Assembly: GCA_002189035.1 (NCBI GenBank)
Contig: CM007989.1
Coordinates: 6,448,001-6,512,000 of the forward strand
Direction: 5' to 3'
DNA from: Utricularia gibba
Lineage: Eukaryota > Plantae > Magnoliophyta
DNA length: 64,000 nucleotides
The notes beneath the pieces were generated by a model, which worked only from the letters and a program-made list of their open reading frames with translations, was not told the DNA's origin and made no database searches. Every line of letters starts with the position of its first letter. Position 1 is the stretch's first letter. Positions 63,536-64,000 of this stretch are shown here, in pieces. The position numbers and the translations under genes are program-made.

Positions 63536-64000
63536 AGAAGCATCCGGTACCAGAAATCCAGAAAGAGGAGTGAAAACGCACAGAAAAGCAGTGCTATAAA
63601 GGCAAATTTCAACGAAGAATTTCTAAACCTTACTTCGCAGGGCGCGGCGCAAAGGAGAGACGACTCGCTCGAGAACCAGCAAAACGCTTCGTTCAAGCAG
63701 TACAGTGGATATATTATATATACGCAAAAGAAGAATTTTTTTTTCATGTTAAGAAGTATTTATTTTTCTAATATTAGATATTTGTTTATTTATTAACATA
63801 AATTTGGTATTTCAAATATCCATATAAAAAATAATAAAATAATTTCGGCATTTCAACATTTGGAAATAGAATTTTCATACCCGATATTGGAAAAATGTAA
63901 ATCAACATTATTTATATGGGATTTTTACTTCAAATATACATAAATTTTAAGTTACTTACATCAAATATATTTAAATTTTTATATTTACTTCAAATATATT

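Overview
Gene-rich plant (eudicot) nuclear window, with GC-richer multi-exon genes separated by very AT-rich, transposon-littered spacers. I can support 14 protein-coding genes: a BRPF/Jade-like double PHD-finger protein (-), deoxynucleoside kinase (+), a small mitochondrial At1g72020/COX-X3-like protein (+), PDIL5-2 (+), an RMR PA-TM-RING sorting receptor (-), an ATAD2/BRAT1-like AAA+ bromodomain protein (-), STOP1 (+), a rhomboid-like 19/TMEM115 protein (+), an XTH (+), a GTE1-like BET protein (-), a mitoferrin-like carrier (+), SLP1 phosphatase (-), a group I WRKY33-like factor (-) and eIF2-beta (-). There is also one ~90-aa membrane protein gene of unknown function (-). Mobile elements: a 2.06-kb non-autonomous hAT just upstream of the kinase, an Angela-type solo LTR abutting a decayed MULE, two ~550-bp solo LTRs of one family in opposite orientation, a Tourist-like MITE and three Copia pol remnants. 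Six conserved genes need seven +1-base corrections (six in a G/C/A run, one weaker case in SLP1) to restore their frames, which most likely reflects unpolished long-read consensus error. I found no clear new multi-gene system. The best leads are the hAT splitting the kinase promoter, two GC-AG introns in one gene, an early stop in the PHD gene, and unexplained small ORF-like islands. Homologue names and Arabidopsis loci are from memory, not from a search.
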